64,000 nucleotides of DNA from an uncultured Alphaproteobacteria bacterium (lineage in GTDB: Bacteria; Pseudomonadota; Alphaproteobacteria; Methylaequorales; Methylaequoraceae). The notes under the pieces are model-generated. The model was not told where the DNA came from, made no database searches, and was given only the letters and a program-made list of their open reading frames with translations. Numbering within the stretch: position 1 is the stretch's first letter; each line of letters starts with the position of its first letter. Location of the stretch: NCBI GenBank assembly GCA_902523675.1, contig CABZAL010000003.1:8571-72570 (forward strand), given 5' to 3'. Position numbers and translations under genes: made by a program. Positions 43,859-53,713 of this stretch are shown piece by piece.

Positions 43859-44591
43859 AAAATCATTGGACAACGAATTAACTGTAAACATAAGCGGTTA
43901 TGAAGGCCCCTTGGATCTATTGTTAGATTTGTCAAAAAAGCAAAAAGTTGATATTTTAAAAATATCAATTTTGGAGTTAGCTGAGCAATATTTACTTTTT
44001 ATTAACGAAAATATAGAAAATATTAAATTAAATGCCGATTATTTAATCATGGCTTCTTTTTTAGCATTTTTAAAATCTAAACTTCTTCTTCCTGAAAAAG
44101 ACAAAGAGGTTTCAGAATTAGAGGAAGACATTACTCAAAGAATAGCTCATTATAATGCAATAAAAATAGCAACCTCAGAATTACTAAGTTTACCAAGACA
44201 AGATATTGACTTTTTCATAAACAAATTTAGTAAGGAATTTTTTATAAGCGAAAATATTGTAATTAATGCCAATCTTTCTGATTTAATTAATGATTACATT
44301 AAATTGTATAATAGAAATCATAAAGAGAGTCTGAAAATAAATGAAGATAAATTATATTCAGTTCAAAACGGCTTAGAATGGCTTAAAAAAATTTTTAATT
44401 TTCGTTATGATGAGTGGAGAAATATATTTGAATTTTTGCCAAAAAATATTTATGACTTAAAACTTAAAAAATCTGCTACAGTATCAATACTTTTGGCTTC
44501 ATTAAGCATGGTTAAAGACGGTTCAATAGAATTATCGCAAAAGAAAAATTTTAGTGATATCTTTATCAAGATTGGAAAAAAAAATGGATAG
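43839..44591 (+). CDS. scpA: segregation and condensation protein A
   Basis: 250 aa. Has the ScpA N-terminus (GYEGPLDLLLDLSKKQKVDILKISILELAEQY) and sits immediately upstream of scpB. Confidence 0.8.
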   Translation: MNQELYEKSLDNELTVNISGYEGPLDLLLDLSKKQKVDILKISILELAEQYLLFINENIENIKLNADYLIMASFLAFLKSKLLLPEKDKEVSELEEDITQRIAHYNAIKIATSELLSLPRQDIDFFINKFSKEFFISENIVINANLSDLINDYIKLYNRNHKESLKINEDKLYSVQNGLEWLKKIFNFRYDEWRNIFEFLPKNIYDLKLKKSATVSILLASLSMVKDGSIELSQKKNFSDIFIKIGKKNG

Positions 44592-45120
44592 AAACATAGC
44601 AGAAAGTTTGATTGAAGCACTTATTTTTTGTTCAGACGAACCTTTATCTGAAAACTATTTAAGCAATGTATTAAATAAGCATGGAAAATTTAATGTCAGA
44701 GAAATACTTCTAAAAATTAAAACAAGTTACGATAAAAGAGGTATAAATCTTGTAAATATTGAAAAAAAGTGGTTTTTTAAAACATCACTTTCAATTAAAG
44801 ATTACCTAAAAATAGAACACGAAAAAAAAAGAAAATTATCTAAAGCTACAATGGAAACACTTGCAATTATATCATATCATCAACCTGTGACTAGAGCAGA
44901 AATTGAAAAAGTAAGAGGAAAACCAGTATTCAAAGGCACTTTGGATATTTTATTAAATCTTAAATGGATTAAACCTCATGAAAGACGAGAAACACCTGGA
45001 CGTCCTGTAACATGGGTTACAGACTTTGAATTTTTAAAACATTTTGGATTAAGTAAAATTTCAGATTTACCAAAGATTGATGAATTAGAATCAATAAGTT
45101 TTAATAAAAATTTAACATAA
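44584..45120 (+). CDS. scpB: segregation and condensation protein B
   Basis: I place the start at MDRNIAESLIEALIFCSDEPLSE (ATG 44584), giving an ATGGATAG overlap with the scpA stop. The ORF-track GTG at 44554 is a less likely start. Winged-helix segment ISYHQPVTRAEIEKVRG. Confidence 0.8.
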   Translation: MDRNIAESLIEALIFCSDEPLSENYLSNVLNKHGKFNVREILLKIKTSYDKRGINLVNIEKKWFFKTSLSIKDYLKIEHEKKRKLSKATMETLAIISYHQPVTRAEIEKVRGKPVFKGTLDILLNLKWIKPHERRETPGRPVTWVTDFEFLKHFGLSKISDLPKIDELESISFNKNLT

Positions 45121-45126
45121 CTTTTT

Positions 45127-45132
45127 AAGGAG
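45127..45132 (+). promoter_or_regulatory. Shine-Dalgarno AAGGAG for tatA
   Basis: AAGGAG lies 6 nt upstream of ATG 45139. Confidence 0.5.
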
Positions 45133-45138
45133 AAAAAC

Positions 45139-45321
45139 ATGTTTGGACTTGGTCATTGGGAAATAATATTAATTTTAGTTATAGTACTTATCCTTTTTGG
45201 TGCAGGTAAATTACCAAAAGTAGCCGGTGATATAGCAAAGGGCATAAAATCGTTTAAAGCCGGACTAAAGGAAGAAGATTTAGAAAAAAAACGTCTTTCT
45301 AAAAAGCAAGAAAAGAAATAA
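45139..45321 (+). CDS. tatA: twin-arginine translocase subunit TatA
   Basis: 60 aa. [40 protein letters not shown]. Confidence 0.85.
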   Translation: MFGLGHWEIILILVIVLILFGAGKLPKVAGDIAKGIKSFKAGLKEEDLEKKRLSKKQEKK

Positions 45322-45323
45322 TA

Positions 45324-45539
45324 ATGTTCAATATCGGATTAATTGAATTACTTATTATTGTTTTTTTTTCCCTTATTTTGGTTAAGCCTCAAGATTTCCC
45401 AAAAATTGCTAATCATATTGGTTTATTTTATAGAAAAATAAACAGATACTTTTTTAATCTTAAACATGATTTTTCAAACTTTGAATTGGATGAATCAGCA
45501 AAAGAGATCAAGGCAAAGAAACTAAAGAATAAAAAATGA
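45324..45539 (+). CDS. tatB: twin-arginine translocase subunit TatB
   Basis: 71 aa. MFNIGLIELLIIVFFSLILVKPQDFPKIA, located between tatA and tatC. Confidence 0.7.
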   Translation: MFNIGLIELLIIVFFSLILVKPQDFPKIANHIGLFYRKINRYFFNLKHDFSNFELDESAKEIKAKKLKNKK

Positions 45540-46261
45540 GCTATTTTGATCATATTAAGGAGTTAAGAAAAAGATTAATTTTTTGTTTTTTATTCATGCT
45601 TGTATGTTTTATTTTTTTTTTTTTTAATGCAGAAATAATAAGCAATATTCTGTCTAAACCATTATATAATCTGTTTTCAGATAACGATGAAAAAAGAATG
45701 ATTTTCACAGGGTTACCTGAAGTATTTATTTCATATTTAAAAATTTCCTTGTTTGCTTCATTTCTTAGTTCATTTCCTTTCTTCATTTTGCAATTTTCTA
45801 TATTTATTTCTCCAGCTTTGTATAAAAAAGAGAAAGTTTTTTTTAAGCCAATATCATTTCTTATACCCATTCTTTTTTTCCTAGGAGTAATTTTTGCTTA
45901 TTTTATTTTGATTCCAATCATTTGGAAATTCTTTTTGTCGTTCGAATCTGCTCAAAGTTCAGATTATTTTTCAATTGAACTAGAGTCTAGAATGGGAGAA
46001 TATATGAAATTAATAATGTATCTTCTATTTTCTTGTGGGTTATCATTTCTGTTTCCTGTATTATTGATCATTCTTGCAAAATTAAAAGTAGTAAGTGTTG
46101 AAAGTTTAAAGAAACAGAGAAAGTTTTTTTTTATAGGAATATTAATTTTTAGTGCAGTTTTTACTCCCCCTGATATAATTTCTCAATTAGGAATAGCAAT
46201 TCCTTTAATTTGTTTTTTTGAAATTTCTTTATTACTTATTAATGTTTTAATTAAAAAATAG
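45536..46261 (+). CDS. tatC: twin-arginine translocase subunit TatC
   Basis: 241 aa with 6 TM. N-terminus FDHIKELRKRLI. 4-nt overlap with tatB. Confidence 0.88.
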   Translation: MSYFDHIKELRKRLIFCFLFMLVCFIFFFFNAEIISNILSKPLYNLFSDNDEKRMIFTGLPEVFISYLKISLFASFLSSFPFFILQFSIFISPALYKKEKVFFKPISFLIPILFFLGVIFAYFILIPIIWKFFLSFESAQSSDYFSIELESRMGEYMKLIMYLLFSCGLSFLFPVLLIILAKLKVVSVESLKKQRKFFFIGILIFSAVFTPPDIISQLGIAIPLICFFEISLLLINVLIKK

Positions 46262-46265
46262 TCAT

Positions 46266-47552
46266 ATGCATGATATTAAGTTTATAAAAAATAAACCAGA
46301 GATATTTGATAGGCTTCAAAAAAAAAGGAATGAGAAAGTAAAAAGTTCAGAAATTCTTGAAATATACAATAAGTACTTATCTCACATTAATAAGATTCAA
46401 GAACTTCAAAAGATTAGAAATAATGAATCAAAAAAAATAGGACTCATCTCTAAAATTGAAAGTAAAACCAAAATAGATTTGCTCAAAAAAAATGTGGGGA
46501 ATTTAAAAAAAAAAATCTCTGATTTAAATTTTCTTGCTGATAAAGAGTATAGTAACTTAACAAGAATCTTATCTCTAGTACCTAATCTACTTGATGAGAA
46601 AACACCATTTGGTGAAAGTGATTTAGATAATAAAAAAATTAAGGAATTTGGTGAAAAAAATGAATTTAGTTTTCAGCCATTAGATCATGTTGTCATTGGA
46701 GAAAAACTTGGTTTATTAGATTATACTTCTGCAGCTAAACTTTCTGGATCTAGATTTTCAGTACTAAAATCTGAATTGGCTTTATTAAGCAGAGCTCTGA
46801 TGAATTATATGTTAGATAAACATACAAAACAAAATGGTTATAAAGAAATTAAAGTCCCAGAATTGGTCTTGAAAGAATGTTTATATGGAACTGGTCAATT
46901 GCCAAAATTTAAAGATGATTTATTTGAAACTAGAGAAGGTCTTTGGTTAATCCCAACAGCTGAAGTTTCTCTAACAAATCTATGTAGAGAAGAAATTTTA
47001 AATTACAAGAATCTTCCATTACGATACACTTCGTTTACGAATTGTTTTAGATCTGAAGCTGGGTCTGCTGGAGTAGATACCAAAGGATTGATTAGAGAAC
47101 ATCAATTTGGAAAAGTAGAATTAGTTTCAATTACAAAACCAGAGTCTTCAATGAATGAGCTTGATAGAATGATTGAATGTGTTGAATCAATTCTCAAAGA
47201 TTTAAATTTACACTATAGAGTTATGGAATTATGTTCTTCTGATGTTGGATTTTCCTCATCTTACACTTTAGATTTTGAAGTTTGGATGCCGGGACAATCA
47301 AAATTTAGAGAAGTTTCTAGTTGTTCTAATTGCAAAGATTTTCAATCGAGAAGGATGAAAATGAGAACTAAAAATAATGAAACAGGAAAAATTATTTATC
47401 CTCATACACTTAATGGGAGCGGTTTGGCAATTGGTAGAATAATAGTAGCAATTTTGGAAAACTTTCAGGAAAAAAACGGGGAAGTAAATATTCCTAAAGT
47501 TCTTTGGGATTATATGGGAGGAACAAAAAAACTATTAAATTTAAAAGATTGA
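46266..47552 (+). CDS. serS: serine--tRNA ligase
   Basis: 428 aa with an N-terminal coiled coil. Class II motifs PTAEVSLTNL, FRSEAGSAG and TLNGSGLA. Confidence 0.93.
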   Translation: MHDIKFIKNKPEIFDRLQKKRNEKVKSSEILEIYNKYLSHINKIQELQKIRNNESKKIGLISKIESKTKIDLLKKNVGNLKKKISDLNFLADKEYSNLTRILSLVPNLLDEKTPFGESDLDNKKIKEFGEKNEFSFQPLDHVVIGEKLGLLDYTSAAKLSGSRFSVLKSELALLSRALMNYMLDKHTKQNGYKEIKVPELVLKECLYGTGQLPKFKDDLFETREGLWLIPTAEVSLTNLCREEILNYKNLPLRYTSFTNCFRSEAGSAGVDTKGLIREHQFGKVELVSITKPESSMNELDRMIECVESILKDLNLHYRVMELCSSDVGFSSSYTLDFEVWMPGQSKFREVSSCSNCKDFQSRRMKMRTKNNETGKIIYPHTLNGSGLAIGRIIVAILENFQEKNGEVNIPKVLWDYMGGTKKLLNLKD

Positions 47553-47556
47553 ATAG

Positions 47557-48189
47557 ATGAAAAATTCAAAAGAAGAATTAATACAAGAATTAAAAGCAAA
47601 TGGAATTGTAGATTCAAAAGTTTTAGACTCTATAAAACTAGTTCCAAGATCATTTTTTGTTGAAAACTCAATAAAGTCTAGATCAAACTCAAATATCGCA
47701 TTACCAATTGAATGCGGACAAACCATTTCTCAACCTTTGGTAGTAGCTTTTATGACGCAAAATCTATTTTTAAATAAAAGACTTCGAGTTCTTGAAATTG
47801 GGACCGGAAGTGGTTATCAAACAGTCATTTTATCAAAATTATCAAGATTTGTTTACACAATAGAAAGATATTTATTTTTAAAAAAAAAAGCCGAAGAGAA
47901 GTTTAGAAAATTAAATATAACTAATATTTTTTGTAAACATGGAGATGGAGGTTTGGGTTGGTATGATCAAGCACCATTTGATAGGATAATGATAACAGCA
48001 GCTGCTCCAGAAATACCAATGATTCTTTTAGATCAACTCAAAGATGAGGGAGTGATGATCATACCAATTGGTGAAGAGAATGATGCGCAATATCTGACTC
48101 TGATACAAAAAAAAGGAGAATCTTTTTCAAAAAAGAATTTAATGAAGGTAAGATTTGTTCCATTGCTTGAAGGAAAAGTTAACAAATGA
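47557..48189 (+). CDS. pcm: protein-L-isoaspartate O-methyltransferase
   Basis: 210 aa. Motifs GQTISQPLVVAFM and VLEIGTGSGYQTV. Confidence 0.9.
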   Translation: MKNSKEELIQELKANGIVDSKVLDSIKLVPRSFFVENSIKSRSNSNIALPIECGQTISQPLVVAFMTQNLFLNKRLRVLEIGTGSGYQTVILSKLSRFVYTIERYLFLKKKAEEKFRKLNITNIFCKHGDGGLGWYDQAPFDRIMITAAAPEIPMILLDQLKDEGVMIIPIGEENDAQYLTLIQKKGESFSKKNLMKVRFVPLLEGKVNK

Positions 48190-49046
48190 AAATCTTTTTT
48201 ATCTTTTTTTTACTAATTTCATTAAATAATTGTGAAAAATTTTTTTATGGTGAATATGAAATATTTGAAAAAAAAAAAATCAAAAAAGATTCCAGAAAAA
48301 ACATACATATTGTAAAAAAAGGAGAAAATTTATATTTAATTTCAAAAAAATTTTCAATTTCAATTGATGAAATAATTAAAAAAAATAACATAAAGTCTCC
48401 GTTTAAAATTTTTCCGAATCAAAAACTTATTTTACCAAAGAAAAAAATTTATACTGTCATTAATGGGGATACTTTGTATTCAATTTCTAGAAAATTCAAC
48501 GTTGATCAATATAACTTGTCTAAACTAAATAAACTAGAAACTATTAATATGATTTACATTGGGCAAAAACTCATAATCCCAAATTATTCGAGAATTATCA
48601 AGTCAAAAGTCGATTTAGCTAATGATAAAATAACAAAAAAGAAAAATACAAGAATTAACCAAAAAAAGAATAAAACAATTTTTATGTGGCCTGTTAGAGG
48701 CAAAATAATTTTAAAATATGGAATGATTAAGCCTGGATTGCACAATGATGGAATTAACATTGCTGCAAGTAATGGTGAAGATGTTGTTGCATCTAGACAA
48801 GGAAAGATAATTTATGCAGGAAATGAAATTCCTGGTTATGGTAACTTAATTTTAATTAAACATGATAAAAAATGGATAACAGCTTATGCCCATTTATCTG
48901 AAATTACAATTACAAAAGGCGCTCAGGTTAAAAAGGGTGAAAAAATTGGAAGTGTAGGCAGTTCTGGAAGAGTTAACACCTCCCAGTTGCATTTTGAAAT
49001 AAGAAAAGGTAAAAGAGCTCTAAATCCAAGAGAATATTTATTGTAA
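48186..49046 (+). CDS. nlpD: LysM-domain M23 metallopeptidase (NlpD-like)
   Basis: 286 aa. Two LysM repeats (HIVKKGENLYLISKKF, YTVINGDTLYSISRKF) and an M23 core (GYGNLILIKH, QLHFEIRKG). Confidence 0.85.
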   Translation: MKIFFIFFLLISLNNCEKFFYGEYEIFEKKKIKKDSRKNIHIVKKGENLYLISKKFSISIDEIIKKNNIKSPFKIFPNQKLILPKKKIYTVINGDTLYSISRKFNVDQYNLSKLNKLETINMIYIGQKLIIPNYSRIIKSKVDLANDKITKKKNTRINQKKNKTIFMWPVRGKIILKYGMIKPGLHNDGINIAASNGEDVVASRQGKIIYAGNEIPGYGNLILIKHDKKWITAYAHLSEITITKGAQVKKGEKIGSVGSSGRVNTSQLHFEIRKGKRALNPREYLL

Positions 49047-49049
49047 CTT

Positions 49050-49838
49050 TTATAATGTTTTAGATTTTAAATTAGTAACAAATTGCACTGCTGTTCTTCC
49101 TGAATAATCACCCTTAACAATTGACCACTGTAATGCCTGCTTTTCTAAATCTTTATCAATTTTAATTCTATTAATTTTTGCATAAAGATTAATTAAACTT
49201 AAATACTCTTCTTTACTTGCCTTGTAAAAACTTAATATCAAGCCAAATCTGTCATACAATGCGACTGCGTTATTCCGTTGATCATTGATTTGAACTTGAT
49301 TAAAATTTTCATTATTATCTGGATTTATAATATTTCTGACATTTGATGTAACGTAAAACCTTATATTTTCTGAGTTACTCAATACACTACCCTGAACTAG
49401 AACCTTTAGAATCTTAAATTCTTTAGAATTTATATCTAAATTAACATCATCAATAAAGACAATAAACTTTTGTTGATATTTTTTTAAATTGTAAATGATT
49501 TCAGGCAGATATATTATATCACTACATAATATTTCGATAAGTTTGATATTTTTATTAGCGTTTAATAAATATTGATGATTTGACAAAACTAAGGAGGATT
49601 TTCCCATACCTTTGGATCCCCACAATAAAATATTGCAACTATCGTCATTATTTATAAATGAAAGAGTGTTTTCATATAAAATTTTTTTTTGTTTTTCTAT
49701 ACCAATTAAATTTTCAAGAGATGTTTGGATTGATGGTATTATTCCAACTATCTTTTTTAATGTCGAAATGAATACAAAAAAATTATTTTTATCTAAATTT
49801 TTTTTTGATAGCATTTGAAAATTATTCCTTGTATTCAT
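49050..49838 (-). CDS. P-loop ATPase of the DUF815 / AAA-like family
   Basis: 262 aa. GIEKQKKILYENTLSF...NILLWGSKGMGKSSLV (Walker A), and Walker B-like FIVFIDDV. Confidence 0.65.
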   Translation of the reverse strand: MNTRNNFQMLSKKNLDKNNFFVFISTLKKIVGIIPSIQTSLENLIGIEKQKKILYENTLSFINNDDSCNILLWGSKGMGKSSLVLSNHQYLLNANKNIKLIEILCSDIIYLPEIIYNLKKYQQKFIVFIDDVNLDINSKEFKILKVLVQGSVLSNSENIRFYVTSNVRNIINPDNNENFNQVQINDQRNNAVALYDRFGLILSFYKASKEEYLSLINLYAKINRIKIDKDLEKQALQWSIVKGDYSGRTAVQFVTNLKSKTL

Positions 49839-49912
49839 GTTTTACTACAATTATTGTGTAAAAAAAAAATATTTTTTTAAATTTTAATTAAAATTTTTAT
49901 CAGAGGTTTTAA

Positions 49913-50215
49913 ATGTTTAATTACGCTTTCGCTCAATCAAGTTCTCAACAACCATCATTATTTGCTTCTTTCATCCCGTTAATATTAATTTTTATAATAT
50001 TTTATTTTTTATTAATTAGACCTCAACAGAAAAAGGCTAAAGAACATAAAATTTTATTAGATTCAATTAAACGTGGTGATCAAATTCTTACAAGTGGAGG
50101 TATGATTGGTAAAGTCATAAAGGCTGATGCTAATGAATTAACTGTTGAAATATCTAACAATGTTAATGTAAGAATATTCAGATCAACTGTATCTGATGTT
50201 TTAAATAAAAAATAA
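49913..50215 (+). CDS. yajC: preprotein translocase subunit YajC
   Basis: 100 aa with a single TM followed by LIRPQQKKAKEH. Immediately upstream of secD. Confidence 0.85.
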   Translation: MFNYAFAQSSSQQPSLFASFIPLILIFIIFYFLLIRPQQKKAKEHKILLDSIKRGDQILTSGGMIGKVIKADANELTVEISNNVNVRIFRSTVSDVLNKK

Positions 50216-50216
50216 G

Positions 50217-51794
50217 ATGTTAAATTTTAGTAAGTTCAGATTTTTTTTCATTTTTGGAGTGTGTTTGCTAAGTATTATTTTTCTTGTACCTAACTTTTAT
50301 GGTAAAAGTGAAATCACAGCTTTTCCAGCATATTTTCCAAAAAAACAATTTAATTTAGGACTTGATTTACAGGGTGGTTCTCATCTTTTATTAGAAGTAG
50401 ATGTCAATACTGTTTTAAGGGAAAAATCAAATGATATAGTTGATGAGGTAAGAAAAATTTTGAGAAAAAAAAAAATTAAATATAGTAATCTAGGTTCTCG
50501 AGGAATTGGTGCGACTGTTACTATTAAAGATAAAGCTCTTTTTAAAGAAGCAAAAAAACTTTTAAAAGATTCTTTAAATAGGGATATAATGATAGAGGAA
50601 ATAAAAAATTCAAAATTAAACTTTTCTTTTTCAGAAGAAAAATTACTAGACATAAAAGTTAAAACTGTCAACCAGTCGATTGAAGTTATAAGAAAAAGAG
50701 TAGATGAAACTGGAACTAGAGAGCCAAATATTCAGAAACAGGGTGATGATAGGATTGTAGTTCAATTACCAGGCATTAAGAATCCGGAAAGAGTAAAAGC
50801 ACTTATTGGAAGAACAGCTAAACTAAATTTTCATTTGCTAGATCCTACTACTGTTGAATTAGCAGACCAAAGAGGAAAACTACCACCAGGAACTTTTAAA
50901 GTACCCAATGCAGATCCGACTGCTTATGAAAAAGAATTTATTGTGAAAAAAAGAATTCTTTTATCAGGTGATAGGCTAAATGATGCGGCAGCTACTGTAG
51001 ACCCACAATCGGGAGGTTATGTTGTAGCCTTTGAATTTGATAGTAAAGGTGCTAAGAAGTTTGGTAAAATTACAACTGAAAACACATATCAAAGATTGGC
51101 AATTCTTTTAGATAATAAGGTTATAAGTGCCCCACAAATTAGAGAACCTATTACAGGCGGTCAAGGAAATATTTCAGGAAGATTCAGTCCAGAAGCAGCA
51201 AATGATTTAGCAGTTTTATTGAGAGCAGGTTCCCTTCCAGCCCCAATTAAAGTAATAGAAGAGAGATCGGTTGGACCCAGTCTTGGAGCAGATTCAATAG
51301 AGGCTGGAAAAAAAGCATTAGTTTTAGGATTTATATTAGTAATATTATTTATGTTTTTAAACTATGGAATTTTTGGAATATATGCTGATATTGCAATAAT
51401 ATTTAACTTATTTTTGATTGTATCAACCTTAAGCTTGATTGAAGGAACTTTAACAATGCCTGGAATTGCTGGTATTGTATTAACAGTAGGTATGGCTGTT
51501 GATGCAAATGTTTTAGTTTTTGAAAGAATCAAAGAAGAACTTTCTTCTGGAAGATCTCCAATAAATTCTATCGATTTAGGTTATAAACAAGCGTTTAAAA
51601 CAATCTTAGACGCCAATATTACAACTCTTATTGCAGCATTATTATTGTTTAATTTTGGATCTGGTCCCATAAAAGGCTTTGCAGTGACCTTGTCTATAGG
51701 AATTCTTTCATCAATGTTCACAGCTCTTATGCTGACAAAAATTTTAATAATAATGTGGGTAAAAAAAACAGAGCCTGAGAAAATTTATTTATGA
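50217..51794 (+). CDS. secD: protein translocase subunit SecD
   Basis: 525 aa. LGLDLQGGSHLLLEVD, a large periplasmic domain, and a C-terminal 5-TM bundle with GIAGIVLTVGMAVDANVLVFERIKEE. Confidence 0.92.
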   Translation: MLNFSKFRFFFIFGVCLLSIIFLVPNFYGKSEITAFPAYFPKKQFNLGLDLQGGSHLLLEVDVNTVLREKSNDIVDEVRKILRKKKIKYSNLGSRGIGATVTIKDKALFKEAKKLLKDSLNRDIMIEEIKNSKLNFSFSEEKLLDIKVKTVNQSIEVIRKRVDETGTREPNIQKQGDDRIVVQLPGIKNPERVKALIGRTAKLNFHLLDPTTVELADQRGKLPPGTFKVPNADPTAYEKEFIVKKRILLSGDRLNDAAATVDPQSGGYVVAFEFDSKGAKKFGKITTENTYQRLAILLDNKVISAPQIREPITGGQGNISGRFSPEAANDLAVLLRAGSLPAPIKVIEERSVGPSLGADSIEAGKKALVLGFILVILFMFLNYGIFGIYADIAIIFNLFLIVSTLSLIEGTLTMPGIAGIVLTVGMAVDANVLVFERIKEELSSGRSPINSIDLGYKQAFKTILDANITTLIAALLLFNFGSGPIKGFAVTLSIGILSSMFTALMLTKILIIMWVKKTEPEKIYL

Positions 51795-52705
51795 TAAAAC
51801 CTTTAATTAACTACAAAAGAAATTTTAACATCAATTTTTTTAGCGTAAGAAAAATTGCGCTTGTGCTATCTATATTTTTAATTTTTTTCTCTTTTTTTAC
51901 ATTCACAAAAAAAAACTTAAATCTTGGAATTGACTTTATTGGGGGTATAATGATAGATGCAAAATTTGAAAATTCCCCAGACTTAAACTTGTTAAGAAAT
52001 GATATTGATTCGTTATCCTTAGGTAACTTTGAAATCCAAGAATTTGGAACTAGTGATAATATTCTTATCAAATTAGAGAAACAAGAGGGTGATGAGGATG
52101 CTCAACAACTTGCAATAAACAAAATTAAAAACATTTTACCTCTTAATGTTGATTATAGAAGGATAGAATATGTTGGTCCTAAAGTAGGAAAAGAATTACA
52201 GTTAATGGGTTTAAAAGCTATTATCTTCTCATTAATTGCAATGTTTGCATACATTTGGTTCAGATTTGATGGCTGGCAATTTGGTTTGGGAGCAATTATA
52301 GCTGTTGTTCATGATGTTTTTACAACCATTGGTTTTTTCGCACTAACTCAAATTGAATTTAATTTGGCATCTATTGCTGCAATTTTAACAATAGCAGGTT
52401 ATTCGATTAATGATACAGTTGTTGTATTTGATAGAATAAGAGAAAATATAAATAAATTAGATAATTTCGAATTTAGTAAATTACTAAATAAATCAGTAAA
52501 TGAGACATTAGCTCGTACACTAATGACTTCTATTACTACATTGATAGCACTTTTATCATTAGCAATTCTAGGCGGAGACGTAATAAGAGGATTTATTGTT
52601 GCAATGTTATGGGGTGTAATTATTGGAACATACTCTTCAATTTTTATTGCTTCTCCTTTAATAGCATTGCTAGGTTACAATGCCCAAAAATCTAAAGAAA
52701 AATAA
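51791..52705 (+). CDS. secF: protein translocase subunit SecF
   Basis: 304 aa. LGIDFIGG, IAGYSINDTVVVFDRIREN. 4-nt overlap with secD. Confidence 0.92.
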   Translation: MIKPLINYKRNFNINFFSVRKIALVLSIFLIFFSFFTFTKKNLNLGIDFIGGIMIDAKFENSPDLNLLRNDIDSLSLGNFEIQEFGTSDNILIKLEKQEGDEDAQQLAINKIKNILPLNVDYRRIEYVGPKVGKELQLMGLKAIIFSLIAMFAYIWFRFDGWQFGLGAIIAVVHDVFTTIGFFALTQIEFNLASIAAILTIAGYSINDTVVVFDRIRENINKLDNFEFSKLLNKSVNETLARTLMTSITTLIALLSLAILGGDVIRGFIVAMLWGVIIGTYSSIFIASPLIALLGYNAQKSKEK

Positions 52706-52760
52706 ATTGTATTCAAAAAAAATTAAAAACTAATTTTACGGTCATTTGTAAAAATAAATT

Positions 52761-53426
52761 TTGTATTGGTTTATGAATGCTCAAACTAAAAATATGAATT
52801 TAAATAGTTTAAAAAAAAAAAATTATTTTAGATATATTCAAATTAAAAAATTCGAATATTTAAAAATTGAAGAACTCTCATTAATTTTTTTATTTGAAAT
52901 TGAAATTCTAAAAATATTTACATCAATTACCGAACCAACTTTAAAAAAAATTAGATACCAATGGATAATTGAAGAAATTGAAAAAGAAAGAGAAAATTTA
53001 GCCATAGTTTCTAAATTACTAAATTTATTTAAAAAAGAAAAAATAAAACAAGATATTATTAATATTTTATCAAACTTTAGAGATTTTGAATTCGATTTTC
53101 ATAACACTGAAGACATAATTATTTTTTTTAAAAAAATTAATCAAATTTATAATAGGATTTTTTCATTATTGACAATGAAAGAAAAAAATCCATTTAATAT
53201 TTCTTTTTCTAGCCAATTAATTTATTTTTTTTATTTTAGAAAATTTATAGAAGAAGAAGTTTCAAAAAATTTATTAACTCTTTATGAAAGGTCTAGATTT
53301 AAAAGTAACAACAATGTGGAGAAATCATTTATAAATTTATTCTTTAAAAAAGTATCAAAAAAAAAAAAATTGAAAATTAGTAAACTTGAATTTATTTTTA
53401 ACCTAATATTTGATAATTTAAATTAA
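52761..53426 (+). CDS. hypothetical; possibly a degenerate squalene/phytoene-synthase-family (NDUFAF6-like) protein
   Basis: 221 aa. LSLIFLFEIEILKIFTSITEPTLKKIRYQWIIEEI resembles the LxALYAFNxEV...SEPMIAxMRLQWWRD segment of the alphaproteobacterial phytoene-synthase-like gene often found after secF. This comes from memory and the similarity is weak. Confidence 0.35.
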   Translation: MYWFMNAQTKNMNLNSLKKKNYFRYIQIKKFEYLKIEELSLIFLFEIEILKIFTSITEPTLKKIRYQWIIEEIEKERENLAIVSKLLNLFKKEKIKQDIINILSNFRDFEFDFHNTEDIIIFFKKINQIYNRIFSLLTMKEKNPFNISFSSQLIYFFYFRKFIEEEVSKNLLTLYERSRFKSNNNVEKSFINLFFKKVSKKKKLKISKLEFIFNLIFDNLN

Positions 53427-53713
53427 TGAAAAACAAAATTTATATTATATTTTTTTTCGGTTTAGTAAGCTTACTGTTTTTAGTATTAAGTCTTTTTTTA
53501 AATATAAATTTTTTAATATTTTTTTTTATATCTTTTTTTATTTTAATATTTATTCAATTTTACACTTTACGTGAATGTATTCTGAGAATTGAGATGCTTT
53601 TTAGTAATAAAAGTAAAAGTGATGATGAACAAATAACAGCAAAAAACAATCAAAATGCTCAAGAACATCCAATTATAATAGCTGCCAAAAAACGACTCGA
53701 AAAAAAGTCATAA
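53426..53713 (+). CDS. hypothetical small membrane protein (2 TM)
   Basis: 95 aa with two Phe/Leu/Ile-rich helices and a charged tail. The ATG overlaps the upstream stop (TAATG). Confidence 0.35.
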   Translation: MKNKIYIIFFFGLVSLLFLVLSLFLNINFLIFFFISFFILIFIQFYTLRECILRIEMLFSNKSKSDDEQITAKNNQNAQEHPIIIAAKKRLEKKS

